From: an uncultured Bacteroidales bacterium | Lineage (GTDB): Bacteria > Bacteroidota > Bacteroidia > Bacteroidales > Muribaculaceae | NCBI GenBank assembly: GCA_947644715.1 | Contig: CANSAP010000010.1 | Span: forward strand, 718-64,717 | DNA length: 64,000 bases | Reading direction: 5' to 3' | Shown here: piece after piece, positions 27,391 through 37,751 of the stretch | Numbering within the stretch: the stretch's first letter is position 1 | Layout of the letters: each line of letters opens with the position of its first letter | Position numbers and translations under genes: made by a program | The notes under the pieces: generated by a model | Seen by the model: the letters and a program-made list of their open reading frames with translations, nothing else | The model's database searches: none | Told to the model about the DNA's origin: nothing

Positions 27391-29397
27391 ATGACCTCTA
27401 CCATGCACAACACATCTCCCGACATCTCTGACCGCGACTTGCGCTATCTGCAATTGCTGGCCAAAAGCTTCCCTACGGTGGCGGCTGCGAGCACTGAGAT
27501 TATCAATCTCGAAGCTATCCTTAACCTGCCGAAAGGCACAGAGCATTTCCTCACGGACATTCATGGTGAGGATGAGGCTTTCCGCCATGTGCTCAAAAAT
27601 GCCTCAGGCACCATCCGCCGCAAAGTGGATGAGATTTTCGGCACTTCGCTGAGTGGACGCGAGCGCCAGGAGCTGTGCACACTCATTTATTATCCGCATG
27701 AGAAGATGAAGCTGATGCGCCGCACGGAGACCCCCGAGAAGATGGAAGAATGGTATCAGCTCACCCTGAACCGCCTGGTGAAAGTTTGCCAGAATGTCAG
27801 CTCAAAATATACGCGCTCAAAGGTGCAAAAAGCTCTGCCCAAGGAATTCAGCTACATCATCCAGGAGCTGCTGCATGAGACTGAGGCCGACCCGAACAAA
27901 GCCGCCTATTTCGGACAAATCATCTCAACGATTATCGACACACAGCGCGCCGAGGCTTTTATCGAGGCCATGTGCAACCTGATTCAGCGCCTGGCTATCG
28001 ACAGCCTGCACATCGTGGGCGACATTTACGACCGCGGTCCGGGCGCGCATATCATAATGGAGACCCTCTGCGACTATCACAACGTGGATGTGCAGTGGGG
28101 CAACCATGACCTGCTTTGGATGGGCGCCTATGCAGGCAACGATGCCTCCATCGCCAACGTGGTGCGCATCTGTCTGCGCTATGCAAACCTCGACACCCTC
28201 GAGGAGGGCTACGGCATAAATCTGCTCCCCCTGGCCACATTCGCCATGGAGACTTATGCCGACTCGCCGCTGGAGGTTTTCAATCCGAAAATCAAGTTCG
28301 TCCATAAGTATTACACCGACAAGGAGCAGCGCATCATAGCTCAGATGCACAAGGCCATCACCGTGATTCAATGGAAGCTCGAGGGCCAACTGATAGACCG
28401 CAGGCAGGAGTGGGGAATGGCTGACCGCAAGCAGCTGCATCTCATTGACAGCGAGCGCGGAGTCATAACCATTGATGATGTGGAATACAAGCTCAAGGAT
28501 TCGCACTTCCCGACCATCAATCCGGCCGACCCCTATCGCCTGACCCGCGAAGAGGTGAACATCATTGTGCACATGCACGGCTCCTTCACCGGCAGCGAGA
28601 AGCTGCGTCGTCATGTGCGCTTCATGCTTCATAACGGCTCCTTCTATCTGGTGCGCAACAACAACCTGCTTTATCATGCCTCCATTCCGCTGACGGAGCA
28701 GGGAGAGTTCAAGGAGGTGGAAGTGGCCGGCGAAACCTTCAAGGGGCGCGCTCTGCTCGACCGTCTTGACCGATTGGTTCAGCTGGCCTGCCGCCACAAG
28801 TCAGAGATTACGCCCGAGCATCAGTATGCCATTGACTACATGTGGTATCTGTGGTGCGGCCCTTGCAGCCCCTCGTTCGACAAGAGTCGCATGGCCACCC
28901 TGGAACGCTATCTGCTCAGCGAGAAAGAGCCGCAGCGTGAAGACAAGGGATGGTATTACAAGCTTCAGGACTCAGAAGAGATCTGCGACATGATTCTTCG
29001 CGAATTCGGCCTCAACCCCGAGGGTGGTCATATCATCAACGGCCATGTGCCGGTGAAGACCGTCAAGGGGGAGAAACCGGTGAGAGCCGGAGGCAAGCTG
29101 CTCGTCATTGACGGCGGCTTCTCCAAGGCCTATCAGCCGGAGACCGGCATAGCCGGCTACACACTCGTGTTCCACTCGCGCGGGCTTCAGCTCGTGCAGC
29201 ACAATCCCTTCGAAAGCCGCCAGAAAGCAATCATGGAGGGATGCGACATTATCGGCAACACGGTGCTGGAGGAGTGGGGCGCACATCGCCTGCGTGTGCG
29301 CGACACCGACATGGGTCGCGAGCTTCAGTCGCAGGTCGATGAGCTGCACCGCCTGCTCCGGGCCTACCGCTCCGGCCTGATTAAGGAGCGCGGATAG
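27391..29397 (+). CDS. fbp: Fructose-1,6-bisphosphatase, class 3
   Basis: YLQLLAKSFPT...HFLTDIHGE...HIVGDIYDRGP...WGNHD metallophosphatase pattern of FBPase III. Start taken at ATG 27391, downstream of the promoter box. ATG 27358 is also possible. Confidence 0.92.
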   Translation: MTSTMHNTSPDISDRDLRYLQLLAKSFPTVAAASTEIINLEAILNLPKGTEHFLTDIHGEDEAFRHVLKNASGTIRRKVDEIFGTSLSGRERQELCTLIYYPHEKMKLMRRTETPEKMEEWYQLTLNRLVKVCQNVSSKYTRSKVQKALPKEFSYIIQELLHETEADPNKAAYFGQIISTIIDTQRAEAFIEAMCNLIQRLAIDSLHIVGDIYDRGPGAHIIMETLCDYHNVDVQWGNHDLLWMGAYAGNDASIANVVRICLRYANLDTLEEGYGINLLPLATFAMETYADSPLEVFNPKIKFVHKYYTDKEQRIIAQMHKAITVIQWKLEGQLIDRRQEWGMADRKQLHLIDSERGVITIDDVEYKLKDSHFPTINPADPYRLTREEVNIIVHMHGSFTGSEKLRRHVRFMLHNGSFYLVRNNNLLYHASIPLTEQGEFKEVEVAGETFKGRALLDRLDRLVQLACRHKSEITPEHQYAIDYMWYLWCGPCSPSFDKSRMATLERYLLSEKEPQREDKGWYYKLQDSEEICDMILREFGLNPEGGHIINGHVPVKTVKGEKPVRAGGKLLVIDGGFSKAYQPETGIAGYTLVFHSRGLQLVQHNPFESRQKAIMEGCDIIGNTVLEEWGAHRLRVRDTDMGRELQSQVDELHRLLRAYRSGLIKERG

Positions 29398-29446
29398 ATT
29401 GACCTTTTTTCTACATACCTTATATAACAATAAAAGAACTGAAACA

Positions 29447-30640
29447 ATGCCAGAAATTTCACGACGCGCCGCAGAGATGCCGGCTTCCCCGATACGCAAG
29501 CTCGTGCCCTTCGCCAATGAGGCCAAGGCACGCGGAGTAAAGGTGTATCCGCTCAACATCGGTCAGCCCGACCTCCCTTCACCCCCGCAGGCTTTTCAAG
29601 CACTGCGCGAGGTGAATCGCGACCTGCTCGAATACAGCCCCTCCGAAGGACTGCTCTCTCTGCGCGAGAAACTGACTGAGTATTACGGACGATTCAACAT
29701 ACGCACCTCTGCCGATGAGATAATCGTGACCACCGGCGGCTCCGAGGCACTTCTCTTCTCATTCATGACCTGCATGAACCCCGGCGACGAGATAATAATT
29801 CCCGAGCCGGCTTATGCCAACTATCTTGGCTTTGCCGAAATGTGTGGTGTGAAAGTAGTGCCGGTGGTTTCCTCCATCGAGAGCGACTTCGCGCTCCCCC
29901 CGGTGGCAGAGCTGGAGCGACTGATCACTCCCCGCACGCGCGCCCTGCTCATCTGCAACCCCAATAACCCCACCGGCTATCTTTACAGCCGCAGCGAGAT
30001 GGAGACCCTGCGTGACCTCGTCAAAAAGCATAACCTCTTCCTTATTTCTGACGAAGTCTATCGCGAGTTCTGTTACAGCGACGAGCCTTACATGTCGGTC
30101 TATCATCTCGAAGGGATTGAGGATAACGTCGTTATGGTTGACTCCGTCTCCAAGCGTTACAACGAGTGCGGCATACGCATAGGCACCCTGCTGACCCGCA
30201 ACGCCAAGCTGCGCGCGGCCGTAATGAAACTCTGCCAGGCGCGTCTCTCCCCCCCGCTTCTCGGTCAGCTCGTGGCTCAGGCCAGCATTGATGCTTCGGC
30301 CGAATACATGCAGGCCACCTATGATGAATACATCTCCCGCCGCGACTTCCTCGTGGAAGGGCTCAACAGAATCCCCGGTGTCTATTCCCCGAAACCTCGC
30401 GGCGCCTTCTACACGGTGGCCGCCCTGCCCGTGGAGGATGCCGACGACTTCTGCCGCTGGTGTCTCAGCTCGTTTGACTATGAGGGGCAGACCGTTTTCA
30501 TGGCTCCCGCCTCAGGATTCTACTCAACTCCCGGAGCCGGACGCAATCAAGTGCGCGTGGCTTACGTTCTCAAGAAAGAGGAGTTGGCCAAGGCGCTCCT
30601 CGTGCTTGAAAAGGCCCTGGAGGCTTACAACAAACAATAA
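29447..30640 (+). CDS. PLP-dependent aminotransferase, class I/II (aspartate-aminotransferase-like)
   Basis: PIRKL...NIGQPD...NPNNPTG...SVSKRY (PLP lysine). Start taken at MPEISRR. Confidence 0.88.
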   Translation: MPEISRRAAEMPASPIRKLVPFANEAKARGVKVYPLNIGQPDLPSPPQAFQALREVNRDLLEYSPSEGLLSLREKLTEYYGRFNIRTSADEIIVTTGGSEALLFSFMTCMNPGDEIIIPEPAYANYLGFAEMCGVKVVPVVSSIESDFALPPVAELERLITPRTRALLICNPNNPTGYLYSRSEMETLRDLVKKHNLFLISDEVYREFCYSDEPYMSVYHLEGIEDNVVMVDSVSKRYNECGIRIGTLLTRNAKLRAAVMKLCQARLSPPLLGQLVAQASIDASAEYMQATYDEYISRRDFLVEGLNRIPGVYSPKPRGAFYTVAALPVEDADDFCRWCLSSFDYEGQTVFMAPASGFYSTPGAGRNQVRVAYVLKKEELAKALLVLEKALEAYNKQ

Positions 30641-30649
30641 CCCCGCGGG

Positions 30650-31912
30650 GTGCTCAGCAGCACCACCCGCCTGAAACTGTATCGAATCTTGAACATTGAC
30701 CTTTTTATCTCGCGTCGCATCTCGGCAGGCGACGGTCAGGGACGCACATCCCCGGCAGTGAAAGTGGCCATAGCTTCAGTGGCCTTATCCATAGCCATAA
30801 TGATTATGGCCGTGAGCATCGTGGGCGGATTCCGGCGCGAGATAATGCAGAAGGTCACCGGCTTCAATGCCCATATCACCCTTTATTCGGGCGACTCCGG
30901 TTCCGGCGTGCTCTTCTTCACGCCGGAGCTTGACTCCATAATATCCAAGACACCGGGAGTGCGCTCCCGCTCACTGAGCCTGAGCGCGCCGGTGCTTCTC
31001 AAAACTCCGGATGCGTTCAAAGGGATGTATCTGCGCGGCCTTGGAGCCGATGCCGATACATCCTTCCTGCATTCATGCCTGATGGAGGGACGACTGCCCC
31101 GGGCTGACCGGCGCGAGCTTATCCTCTCGCAAGGGGTGGCCCGACACCTCAGCCTGCATGCAGGCGACAGTCTCAACCTCTTCATGGTGAGCGACCGCAT
31201 CAGCGCGCGCCGCATGTGCGTGAGCGGCATCTTTAATTCCCACTTTGAGAGCTATGATGAATACTATGCCTATGCCCCCTTGCAGCTCGTGCAGCAGCTC
31301 TCCGGCCTGCGCAGCGGCGAAGGCTCTTCGGTGGATATTTTCCTGAATGATTTCGAGGCCACGCCGGAAGTCTCATCCTCGCTGATTGAGCGCCTGAACG
31401 ACGGCATCGTAGCCGGGGAATTGAATCAGGTCTACAACCTTGACACGGCACGCAACCGCGGAGCCAACTACTTCGCATGGCTCGATATGCTCGACACTAA
31501 TGTGTGGATAATCCTGACGCTTATGACCCTCGTGGCTCTGTTCACGCTGATTTCCGGCATCCTGATCATTATCCTTGAGAAGGTGCGCTTCATCGGAGTG
31601 ATGAAAGCCATCGGCGCCTCCTCCTCCCGCCTGCGGCATATCTTTGTGCTGCTGGCCGTCAGAATAGCCGGCATCGGATTGGTGATCGGCAATGCCGTGG
31701 CGCTGATGCTTGTCGGCGCGCAGGCGCTTTGGCATCTGGCACCACTGAACCCTGATGCTTATTACATTGACTTCGTTCCGGTCAGCCTCTCACTCCCGGC
31801 TCTGCTGGGCATCAATGCAGCTTTCATCCTTATTATCTATCTGGTCTTGATACTCCCGGCGCGGCTGGTCAGCCGCATATCCCCGTCGGAGAGTATGCGC
31901 TTTGAGCAATGA
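30650..31912 (+). CDS. FtsX-like ABC transporter permease (LolC/E-type)
   Basis: N-terminal TM, large periplasmic loop, C-terminal FtsX 3-TM bundle. The GTG start at 30650 is uncertain; a TTG near 30689 is an alternative. Confidence 0.75.
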   Translation: MLSSTTRLKLYRILNIDLFISRRISAGDGQGRTSPAVKVAIASVALSIAIMIMAVSIVGGFRREIMQKVTGFNAHITLYSGDSGSGVLFFTPELDSIISKTPGVRSRSLSLSAPVLLKTPDAFKGMYLRGLGADADTSFLHSCLMEGRLPRADRRELILSQGVARHLSLHAGDSLNLFMVSDRISARRMCVSGIFNSHFESYDEYYAYAPLQLVQQLSGLRSGEGSSVDIFLNDFEATPEVSSSLIERLNDGIVAGELNQVYNLDTARNRGANYFAWLDMLDTNVWIILTLMTLVALFTLISGILIIILEKVRFIGVMKAIGASSSRLRHIFVLLAVRIAGIGLVIGNAVALMLVGAQALWHLAPLNPDAYYIDFVPVSLSLPALLGINAAFILIIYLVLILPARLVSRISPSESMRFEQ

Positions 31913-32439
31913 AGCGATACTATCTGGAGCTTGACGGCCTGACGGTCTATATCGAGGTCAAGATGGTGCGGAGCATGCGTCTGCGCATCACGGAGCGTGG
32001 AGTCTTTCTCTCCGTGCGTCCCGGTACTGACCCGGAAGCCTGCCGCAGCTTCCTGCGCAGCAACCGCGAATGGATTGACAAGCATCTGGCCACACTCAAG
32101 GAGCGCAAATCGGCTCAACCGGAGTTAACCCGCGAGTTGGCGCATCAGTTCATAGAGCGCTTCAAACCGCGGTTTGAATACTGGCAGCAGAGAATGCAGC
32201 TGCGTGCCGGGAGGGTTACCTTCCGCCTCATGAGCTCCCGATGGGGCTCATGCAATCATGCCACCCGTGCCATATCCATCAACGTAAGGCTTGCCCTGTA
32301 TCCGGAGGAATGCACCGACTATATTATAGTGCATGAATTGGCTCACCTCGTGCACCCTGACCATTCACCCCGCTTCTGGGCGCTCGTGGCCGAGTATATC
32401 CCCGGCTGGAAAAACCTGCGCAGAAAATTGCGCGAATAA
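31909..32439 (+). CDS. M48-family/YgjP-like metal-dependent hydrolase (DUF45)
   Basis: HELAHLVHPDHSPRFW zinc motif. ATGA overlap with the upstream gene. Confidence 0.8.
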   Translation: MKRYYLELDGLTVYIEVKMVRSMRLRITERGVFLSVRPGTDPEACRSFLRSNREWIDKHLATLKERKSAQPELTRELAHQFIERFKPRFEYWQQRMQLRAGRVTFRLMSSRWGSCNHATRAISINVRLALYPEECTDYIIVHELAHLVHPDHSPRFWALVAEYIPGWKNLRRKLRE

Positions 32440-32509
32440 CAGATTACGACGCATAAGTCAGGCTTCACTGTCACACTGCCGGGGCGCCATGCGTAATATA
32501 AACAACTGA

Positions 32510-32980
32510 ATGGACGCTCAGAGCTTTAAGCAAATCATATTACCCTGCTACGGCCGTATGCTTGCCTTGGCCTCACGGATGCTTGACGGCGACCGTGACC
32601 GCGCTGCCGACGTGGTGCAGGACACCATCGCGCATCTTTGGCAGAAGCGCGCCTCGCTTGAAGCCTCGATGGCTCCCGAGTCTCTCTGTATGACAGCAGT
32701 GCGCAACCGGTGCATATCGCTCATTAGAGCCGAACGCCCTTTCGGCACGCTCGAAGAGGCTTCCGTGCAGATGACACGCACCGACAGCTCTATGGATTGC
32801 GAATATCTTTACCGCGCCATTGAGAGGCTCGATGAGAACCGCAGGCGGGTCGTGGTTATGAGTATGCGCGGATTCAATTGCGAGGAAATCGCTGCCGAAT
32901 TGGCACTCTCTCCGGCTAATGTCAGGCAACTGCTGTCGCGCGGGCGCCGTCAGTTAAAGGAAATTCTCTCTCAACTCTGA
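32510..32980 (+). CDS. ECF-type RNA polymerase sigma-70 factor
   Basis: Region 2 (DVVQDTIAHLW) and region 4 HTH (EEIAAELALSPANVRQLLSRGR). Confidence 0.88.
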   Translation: MDAQSFKQIILPCYGRMLALASRMLDGDRDRAADVVQDTIAHLWQKRASLEASMAPESLCMTAVRNRCISLIRAERPFGTLEEASVQMTRTDSSMDCEYLYRAIERLDENRRRVVVMSMRGFNCEEIAAELALSPANVRQLLSRGRRQLKEILSQL

Positions 32981-32987
32981 AAAAAGT

Positions 32988-33722
32988 ATGAACAACACTC
33001 GATTGACAGAAAAGGAAATAAGAGATTTGCTGACCCGATGGTATGATGCCGAAACCACAGCATGCGAGGAGCAGCAAATCATTGACTGGTTTGCCTCCGT
33101 TGATGCAGCCATGCTCCCGGCCGACCTGCGGGAGGAGCGGCTCATCTTCCTGCCGTTGCGCGCACCTGAGACTGATACCTCCGAGGCCGAAATAGCCCTG
33201 GACACAGTCCTCGGCCGCAGTGCCCGCAAAGCCTTCCTCCGTCGCGCAGTCATGGGCGCGGCATCAGTGGCAGCAGTTGTAGCCGTAGTACTCTCCGTCG
33301 GGCTCCGTACTCCGACCGACAATACGCCGACTTCTTTGCCCCTGATAGCCTTAACCCCTCCGCAGGCCGAGGAGCAACCGCCGACCGAGCGGCAACCGGA
33401 CGTTGAAGCGTCGAAACCGAAGCCTGCACAATCAGCTTCTGCGGCGTCGGCCAAAAAAACTCGTAAACAGGCGCGTCCGGCCAGGCCGGTTGATGCCAAC
33501 GGCTACGAGATTCTGACCCCTCAGGAGGCATCCGAAGTAATCGGCCAAAGTCTCGCTATGACCCGGGCTGCATTGCGAACCGGAAAGGCTGATGTGAAGG
33601 TGGCGGAACTCCTGACGTGTGATGCTATGGAGGAGTTGCGCATTGCCTGTTGCAACACTCGCCGCGATCTTAAAGATGCGAAAAAATGCACCAATAATAT
33701 CATAAATGAACTCAGCATATGA
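32988..33722 (+). CDS. Hypothetical single-pass membrane protein, probable anti-sigma partner
   Basis: Lies directly after the ECF sigma gene. One TM helix (AVMGAASVAAVVAVVLSVGL) and a low-complexity P/A/Q region. Confidence 0.4.
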   Translation: MNNTRLTEKEIRDLLTRWYDAETTACEEQQIIDWFASVDAAMLPADLREERLIFLPLRAPETDTSEAEIALDTVLGRSARKAFLRRAVMGAASVAAVVAVVLSVGLRTPTDNTPTSLPLIALTPPQAEEQPPTERQPDVEASKPKPAQSASAASAKKTRKQARPARPVDANGYEILTPQEASEVIGQSLAMTRAALRTGKADVKVAELLTCDAMEELRIACCNTRRDLKDAKKCTNNIINELSI

Positions 33723-34168
33723 AAAGAATATTCGGACTTATAATGCTTGCAGCCATATGCCTGGTGGCTCATGGCGAACAGGTTTTCAAGGAGCTCCCCT
33801 CAGGCAACAATGTGGAGAAAACCTACATAGGAAAGACGCTGTTGCGCATGGCCGGAGCAGTTATTAATTTGGATGGAGGAGTATCACTCGGCGACCCCTC
33901 CCGGCTGGATTCTCTGGAGAGGGTCACCGTGGAAGGCAAGAAGGAGGCTCGCGAGGCTATCACGATTCTGGAAAACTATGTTGCGAAAGAGAACCTCGAA
34001 GTGCTTCTTTCCCAGCAGGATGACGGCGATGAAACAATCATCTACGGCAAACTCTCACCCAATGAAACAATCATCACTACAATGATTGTTTTTCACCGAG
34101 ATGCCTGGAATCTTAACATTGTTGTGTTGCAAGGCTCCATTGATTCATCATCCATTTACCGACGATAG
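33719..34168 (+). CDS. DUF4252-like exported protein
   Basis: Signal peptide. Part of the sigma/hypothetical/DUF4252 operon arrangement common in Bacteroidetes. ATGA overlap with the upstream gene. Confidence 0.5.
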   Translation: MKRIFGLIMLAAICLVAHGEQVFKELPSGNNVEKTYIGKTLLRMAGAVINLDGGVSLGDPSRLDSLERVTVEGKKEAREAITILENYVAKENLEVLLSQQDDGDETIIYGKLSPNETIITTMIVFHRDAWNLNIVVLQGSIDSSSIYRR

Positions 34169-34189
34169 ACGAAATAGTGATTATGATTT

Positions 34190-34229
34190 CCCGCAAGCTC
34201 AATAGTTTTTGAGTCTGCGGGATTTTTTG
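34190..34229 (+). terminator. Rho-independent terminator
   Basis: cccgca...tgcggg stem followed by attttttg. The next promoter box follows immediately. Confidence 0.7.
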
Positions 34230-34237
34230 TAATTTTG
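34230..34237 (+). promoter_or_regulatory. -7 promoter box TAATTTTG for the ridA/ABC-F unit
   Basis: TAnnTTTG match 60 nt upstream of the ATG at 34298. Confidence 0.55.
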
Positions 34238-34297
34238 CACCATTGCCGGTTCTGCCGGCACATCATTCTAATTGAACATTTGATAATCTAAATTCCC

Positions 34298-34672
34298 ATG
34301 AAAGAAGAAATCAAGAGCGCCGGCGCTCCCGGCGCAATCGGTCCTTACAGCCAGGCTATCAAAGCCGGAGGCTTCATTTATGTTTCCGGTCAGCTCCCCA
34401 TCAATCCCGCCACCGGCGAGATGCCCGCTGACATCAAGGCTCAGACCGCTCAGAGCCTCGAGAACGCCAAGGCTATTCTCGAAGCAGCCGGCTCCGGTCT
34501 CGACAAAGTTGTGAAGAGCATGGTGCTGCTCGCTGACATGAGTCTGTTCGGCCCCATGAACGAAGTGTATGCCGAATACTTCAAGGCTCCCTTCCCCGCC
34601 CGCTGTGCCTTCGCAGTGAAGGAACTTCCGAAGCAGGCTCTCGTGGAAATCGAAATCGTAGCTGAGGCCTGA
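34298..34672 (+). CDS. ridA: RidA family reactive-intermediate deaminase (YjgF/L-PSP)
   Basis: [12 protein letters not shown]...[10 protein letters not shown]...ARCAFAV..LP..ALVEIE. Confidence 0.92.
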   Translation: MKEEIKSAGAPGAIGPYSQAIKAGGFIYVSGQLPINPATGEMPADIKAQTAQSLENAKAILEAAGSGLDKVVKSMVLLADMSLFGPMNEVYAEYFKAPFPARCAFAVKELPKQALVEIEIVAEA

Positions 34673-36453
34673 TGAACGCGCTCCAGGTAGAAACTCTCAC
34701 GAAGAGCATCGGCGACCGAATCCTCTTCTCAGATGTGAGCTTTGTCCTCCAGGAAGGGGACAAGGCAGGTATCATAGCCCCCAACGGCACCGGCAAGAGC
34801 ACGATGCTCTCAATCATAGCCGGGGAGGGGGAGGCCGACTCCGGAACGGTCAAAACCGCGCCGGGACTTCGTGTGGGCTACCTGGAGCAAACCCCTCCTT
34901 TCCGCCCGGAACAGACTGTGCGGGAATACATGGAGGAGATGCCCCGCGATGCCGAGGACTGGAACTTCGAGGACAGGATGCGCTCCATGCTCACCTCACT
35001 GCGCATCACCGATCTTGAACAGCCCATGAGTCAGCTCTCCGGTGGTCAGGTGAAGCGTGTGGCTGCCGCCCGCGTACTGCTCGGTGAGCCGGATATTCTG
35101 CTTCTCGATGAGCCTACCAACCATCTGGACATCGACATGATTGAGTGGCTGGAGAGTCGCCTGAGCCGTCAGCGCTGCACACTGCTCATGGTCACTCATG
35201 ACCGCTATTTCCTCGACCGCGTCTGCAACCGAATAATCGAGATTGACGGCGGACGCGTCTACACCTACGACGGCAACTATGACTACTACCTGACCAAGCG
35301 CGAAGAACGCCACGATGCTCAGGATGCCGAGCTGGCGCGAGTGCGCAACCTGCTCCGCACCGAGCTGGAATGGATGCGCCGCCAGCCGCAGGCTCGCGGT
35401 TCAAAAGCCAAGTATCGCATAGACAATTTCCATCAACTCGAAGCCCGCAGCAAGCAGCGCAGGCAGGAGAGTGATGTGGCGCTCGAGATGCAAGGCTCCT
35501 ATATCGGCAGCAAAATCTTCGAGGCCAGGAATGTGGCAAAGTCCTTTGGCGACAAATTGATTCTTCGGGGATGGAACTACAATTTCGCCCGCTATGACAA
35601 GGTGGGCATAATCGGCGACAATGGTGCCGGCAAATCCACCCTGATTAAAATGCTTCAGGGAATTGTGCCCCCCGATTCCGGCAGCTTCGATGTAGGCACC
35701 ACCGTGCGCTTCGGCTATTACAGCCAGGAGGGGATGCAGTTCGATGAACAGAAACGCGTGATTGACGCCGTGCGCGAGATTGCAGAGGTAGTGAAAATCG
35801 ACGATAAGACCACACTTACCGCCGCCCAGTTCCTCTGCCGATTCCTCTTCCCGGTGCCTGATCAGCAGAAATACATATATAAACTGAGCGGAGGCGAACG
35901 GCGTCGTCTGTATCTGGCCACAGTGCTCATGCGCAATCCCAACTTCCTGATTCTGGATGAGCCGACCAATGACCTCGACATCCCGACGCTTGCCATTCTT
36001 GAAGATTATCTGACTCACTTCAAAGGATGTGTGCTCGTGGTGAGCCATGACCGCTATTTCCTCGACCGTGTGGCCGAACATCTGTTCGTAATGCGCGGTG
36101 ACGGCGAGATACTTGACTTCCCCGGCGATTACAGCACCTGGCGCCATTGCCTGGAGCAAGAGCGACGCGAAAAAGCGGAAGCGCAGAAAAAGACAGAGTC
36201 GGCGGCTGCTCCCGTCCGCCAACGCACACCGCAACCGGCTCGCCTCACCTTCAAAGAGCGCAAAGAAAAGGAGGCGCTCGAAGCGGAATTGCCAGCATTG
36301 GAGCAGGAAAAGACCGAATTGGAGGCAGCCATGTCTTCAGGCGAAATGAACCCGCAGGCCATAGTAGAGGCCGGCGCGCGAATGCAGCAGCTCATCGACC
36401 AAATTGACGAGAAAGAAATGCGTCTGCTCGAACTGATGGAAAAGGGAGAGTAA
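34672..36453 (+). CDS. ABC-F family ATPase (Uup-like, C-terminal coiled coil)
   Basis: Two NBDs (GPNGTGKST, GDNGAGKST; LSGGQ, LSGGER) plus a K/E-rich C-terminal helix. Its start overlaps the ridA stop (TGATG). Confidence 0.9.
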   Translation: MNALQVETLTKSIGDRILFSDVSFVLQEGDKAGIIAPNGTGKSTMLSIIAGEGEADSGTVKTAPGLRVGYLEQTPPFRPEQTVREYMEEMPRDAEDWNFEDRMRSMLTSLRITDLEQPMSQLSGGQVKRVAAARVLLGEPDILLLDEPTNHLDIDMIEWLESRLSRQRCTLLMVTHDRYFLDRVCNRIIEIDGGRVYTYDGNYDYYLTKREERHDAQDAELARVRNLLRTELEWMRRQPQARGSKAKYRIDNFHQLEARSKQRRQESDVALEMQGSYIGSKIFEARNVAKSFGDKLILRGWNYNFARYDKVGIIGDNGAGKSTLIKMLQGIVPPDSGSFDVGTTVRFGYYSQEGMQFDEQKRVIDAVREIAEVVKIDDKTTLTAAQFLCRFLFPVPDQQKYIYKLSGGERRRLYLATVLMRNPNFLILDEPTNDLDIPTLAILEDYLTHFKGCVLVVSHDRYFLDRVAEHLFVMRGDGEILDFPGDYSTWRHCLEQERREKAEAQKKTESAAAPVRQRTPQPARLTFKERKEKEALEAELPALEQEKTELEAAMSSGEMNPQAIVEAGARMQQLIDQIDEKEMRLLELMEKGE

Positions 36454-36630
36454 ACCGGGGGATAGAACCCTAAGAGAAATAAAAATAGGGGGTATATTTC
36501 AATTTTTAGACCGAAGTATAATATGTTTCCGACTGCATCTTTTTCTGGTTGAGACCCCGCATGAATAAAGGAATTGAAAAATATTTTCAAAAAAGTTGTT
36601 GAAATATTTGTAAAATACGTTTTGAATTGT

Positions 36631-36638
36631 TAACTTTG
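36631..36638 (+). promoter_or_regulatory. -7 promoter box TAACTTTG
   Basis: TAnnTTTG match 49 nt upstream of the ATG at 36687. Confidence 0.55.
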
Positions 36639-36686
36639 TGGCGATTGGAGGAATAGTCCTCAATATAACCTAATACCCTTTCTCCT

Positions 36687-37394
36687 ATGAAGCAGTTATT
36701 ATTCTTAGGTGTATTGTTTACTCTGCTGTTAGCATCATGTTCGTCAGACGAGCCTGTGCTGACTGAGGCTATGACTCGCAGCGAAGCGGCAGAGCAGCCG
36801 CAGCATGTCAGCAAAGCTGACTTTGAGAAATATGCCATCGGCAAGATTTGGGCTTGCTGCACTCCCGATGCGTTGGATTTTATAGGAGAGTTGTCCTACG
36901 TAAATTCCGAGGGGGAATATGATCTTAATCTTTTGACCGGTTATTGGCGAAGTAGAGCCGGATTCCTTATGACCTCTGATGTATATGTGGAGTTTGTAAT
37001 GAAACCCTACGAGCGTTACGGCGTAAAGCCCATGTCATGTGCTTATGAGTATGACGAAACCACAGGAATGATTAACTGTTCAATGATGGTTAATTGTTTT
37101 GGTGTGAATGAGCATTCTCTATATGTGGAGAAACTGACTGAGGATGAACTGGTCTTGCGTGAAGATTTCGGCATATTGCCGATAGGTTACAATATGGATG
37201 ATTATTCCTGGACCTCTAACGAGCGAGATCCGGAGAGTTATACGAGGGTTAAGTTCGTAGCCGTGGATGACGCTGATGCTGAGGCATGGGGGCTTATTCA
37301 GCTTAATCGACAGCCCTTACGCTATAATGGAAAAATTAATCTCAAAGCTATCAAGAATCTCAATCTTGAATATAAGGCCGTAGATTTGATATAA
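36687..37394 (+). CDS. Hypothetical lipoprotein
   Basis: Lipobox MKQLLFLGVLFTLLLASCSS. No family recognised. Confidence 0.65.
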   Translation: MKQLLFLGVLFTLLLASCSSDEPVLTEAMTRSEAAEQPQHVSKADFEKYAIGKIWACCTPDALDFIGELSYVNSEGEYDLNLLTGYWRSRAGFLMTSDVYVEFVMKPYERYGVKPMSCAYEYDETTGMINCSMMVNCFGVNEHSLYVEKLTEDELVLREDFGILPIGYNMDDYSWTSNERDPESYTRVKFVAVDDADAEAWGLIQLNRQPLRYNGKINLKAIKNLNLEYKAVDLI

Positions 37395-37419
37395 CCCGCC
37401 GGAGACTTTAGAGGATAAA

Positions 37420-37460
37420 GACTGGGGAGCAATACATCGGTTGCTCCCCAGTCTCAGTTT
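37420..37460 (+). terminator. Terminator hairpin
   Basis: 13-bp perfect stem gactggggagcaa / ttgctccccagtc. The T-run is weak. Confidence 0.65.
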
Positions 37461-37626
37461 AGATAGTTTGTGTTTGGCAAAATGCGACGGGGTAGGGTGG
37501 GTAACCTCTTAAAATTCAGGGGTGAAATTGCAAACTGACGCTCTCTGCCCTAAAAATATGTTGAGAAACATGTTTTTTTGAGGTGAAATTCTTGGGAAAA
37601 AGTTTGCGCATATCAAGAATCGGTTG

Positions 37627-37634
37627 TAATTTTG
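37627..37634 (+). promoter_or_regulatory. -7 promoter box TAATTTTG for gdhA
   Basis: TAnnTTTG match about 117 nt upstream of the ATG at 37752. Confidence 0.5.
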
Positions 37635-37751
37635 GCGCAGAATTCAGAGGGTAATTCAAGGGGCGCAAGGCCTGCTCTGATTTACCGCAGATGAATTCCG
37701 ACTCTTCCTGAGCCTAACCCAATATAATAACCATAAATCTAACTGGTACCT

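Noticed and set aside
36560-36600. Near-palindrome aaatattttcaa...ttgaaatattt upstream of the 36631 promoter
   Set aside because: It is imperfect, with one extra T. It sits in a very AT-rich spacer where such matches are common. It is plausibly just UP-element-like A/T sequence.
36637-36655. 12-nt match ggcgattggagg shared with 41669-41680, both near promoters
   Set aside because: By rough estimate, on the order of 100 exact 12-mer matches are expected by chance in a 64-kb window. Their positions relative to the -7 box differ (after versus before) and there is no flanking similarity.
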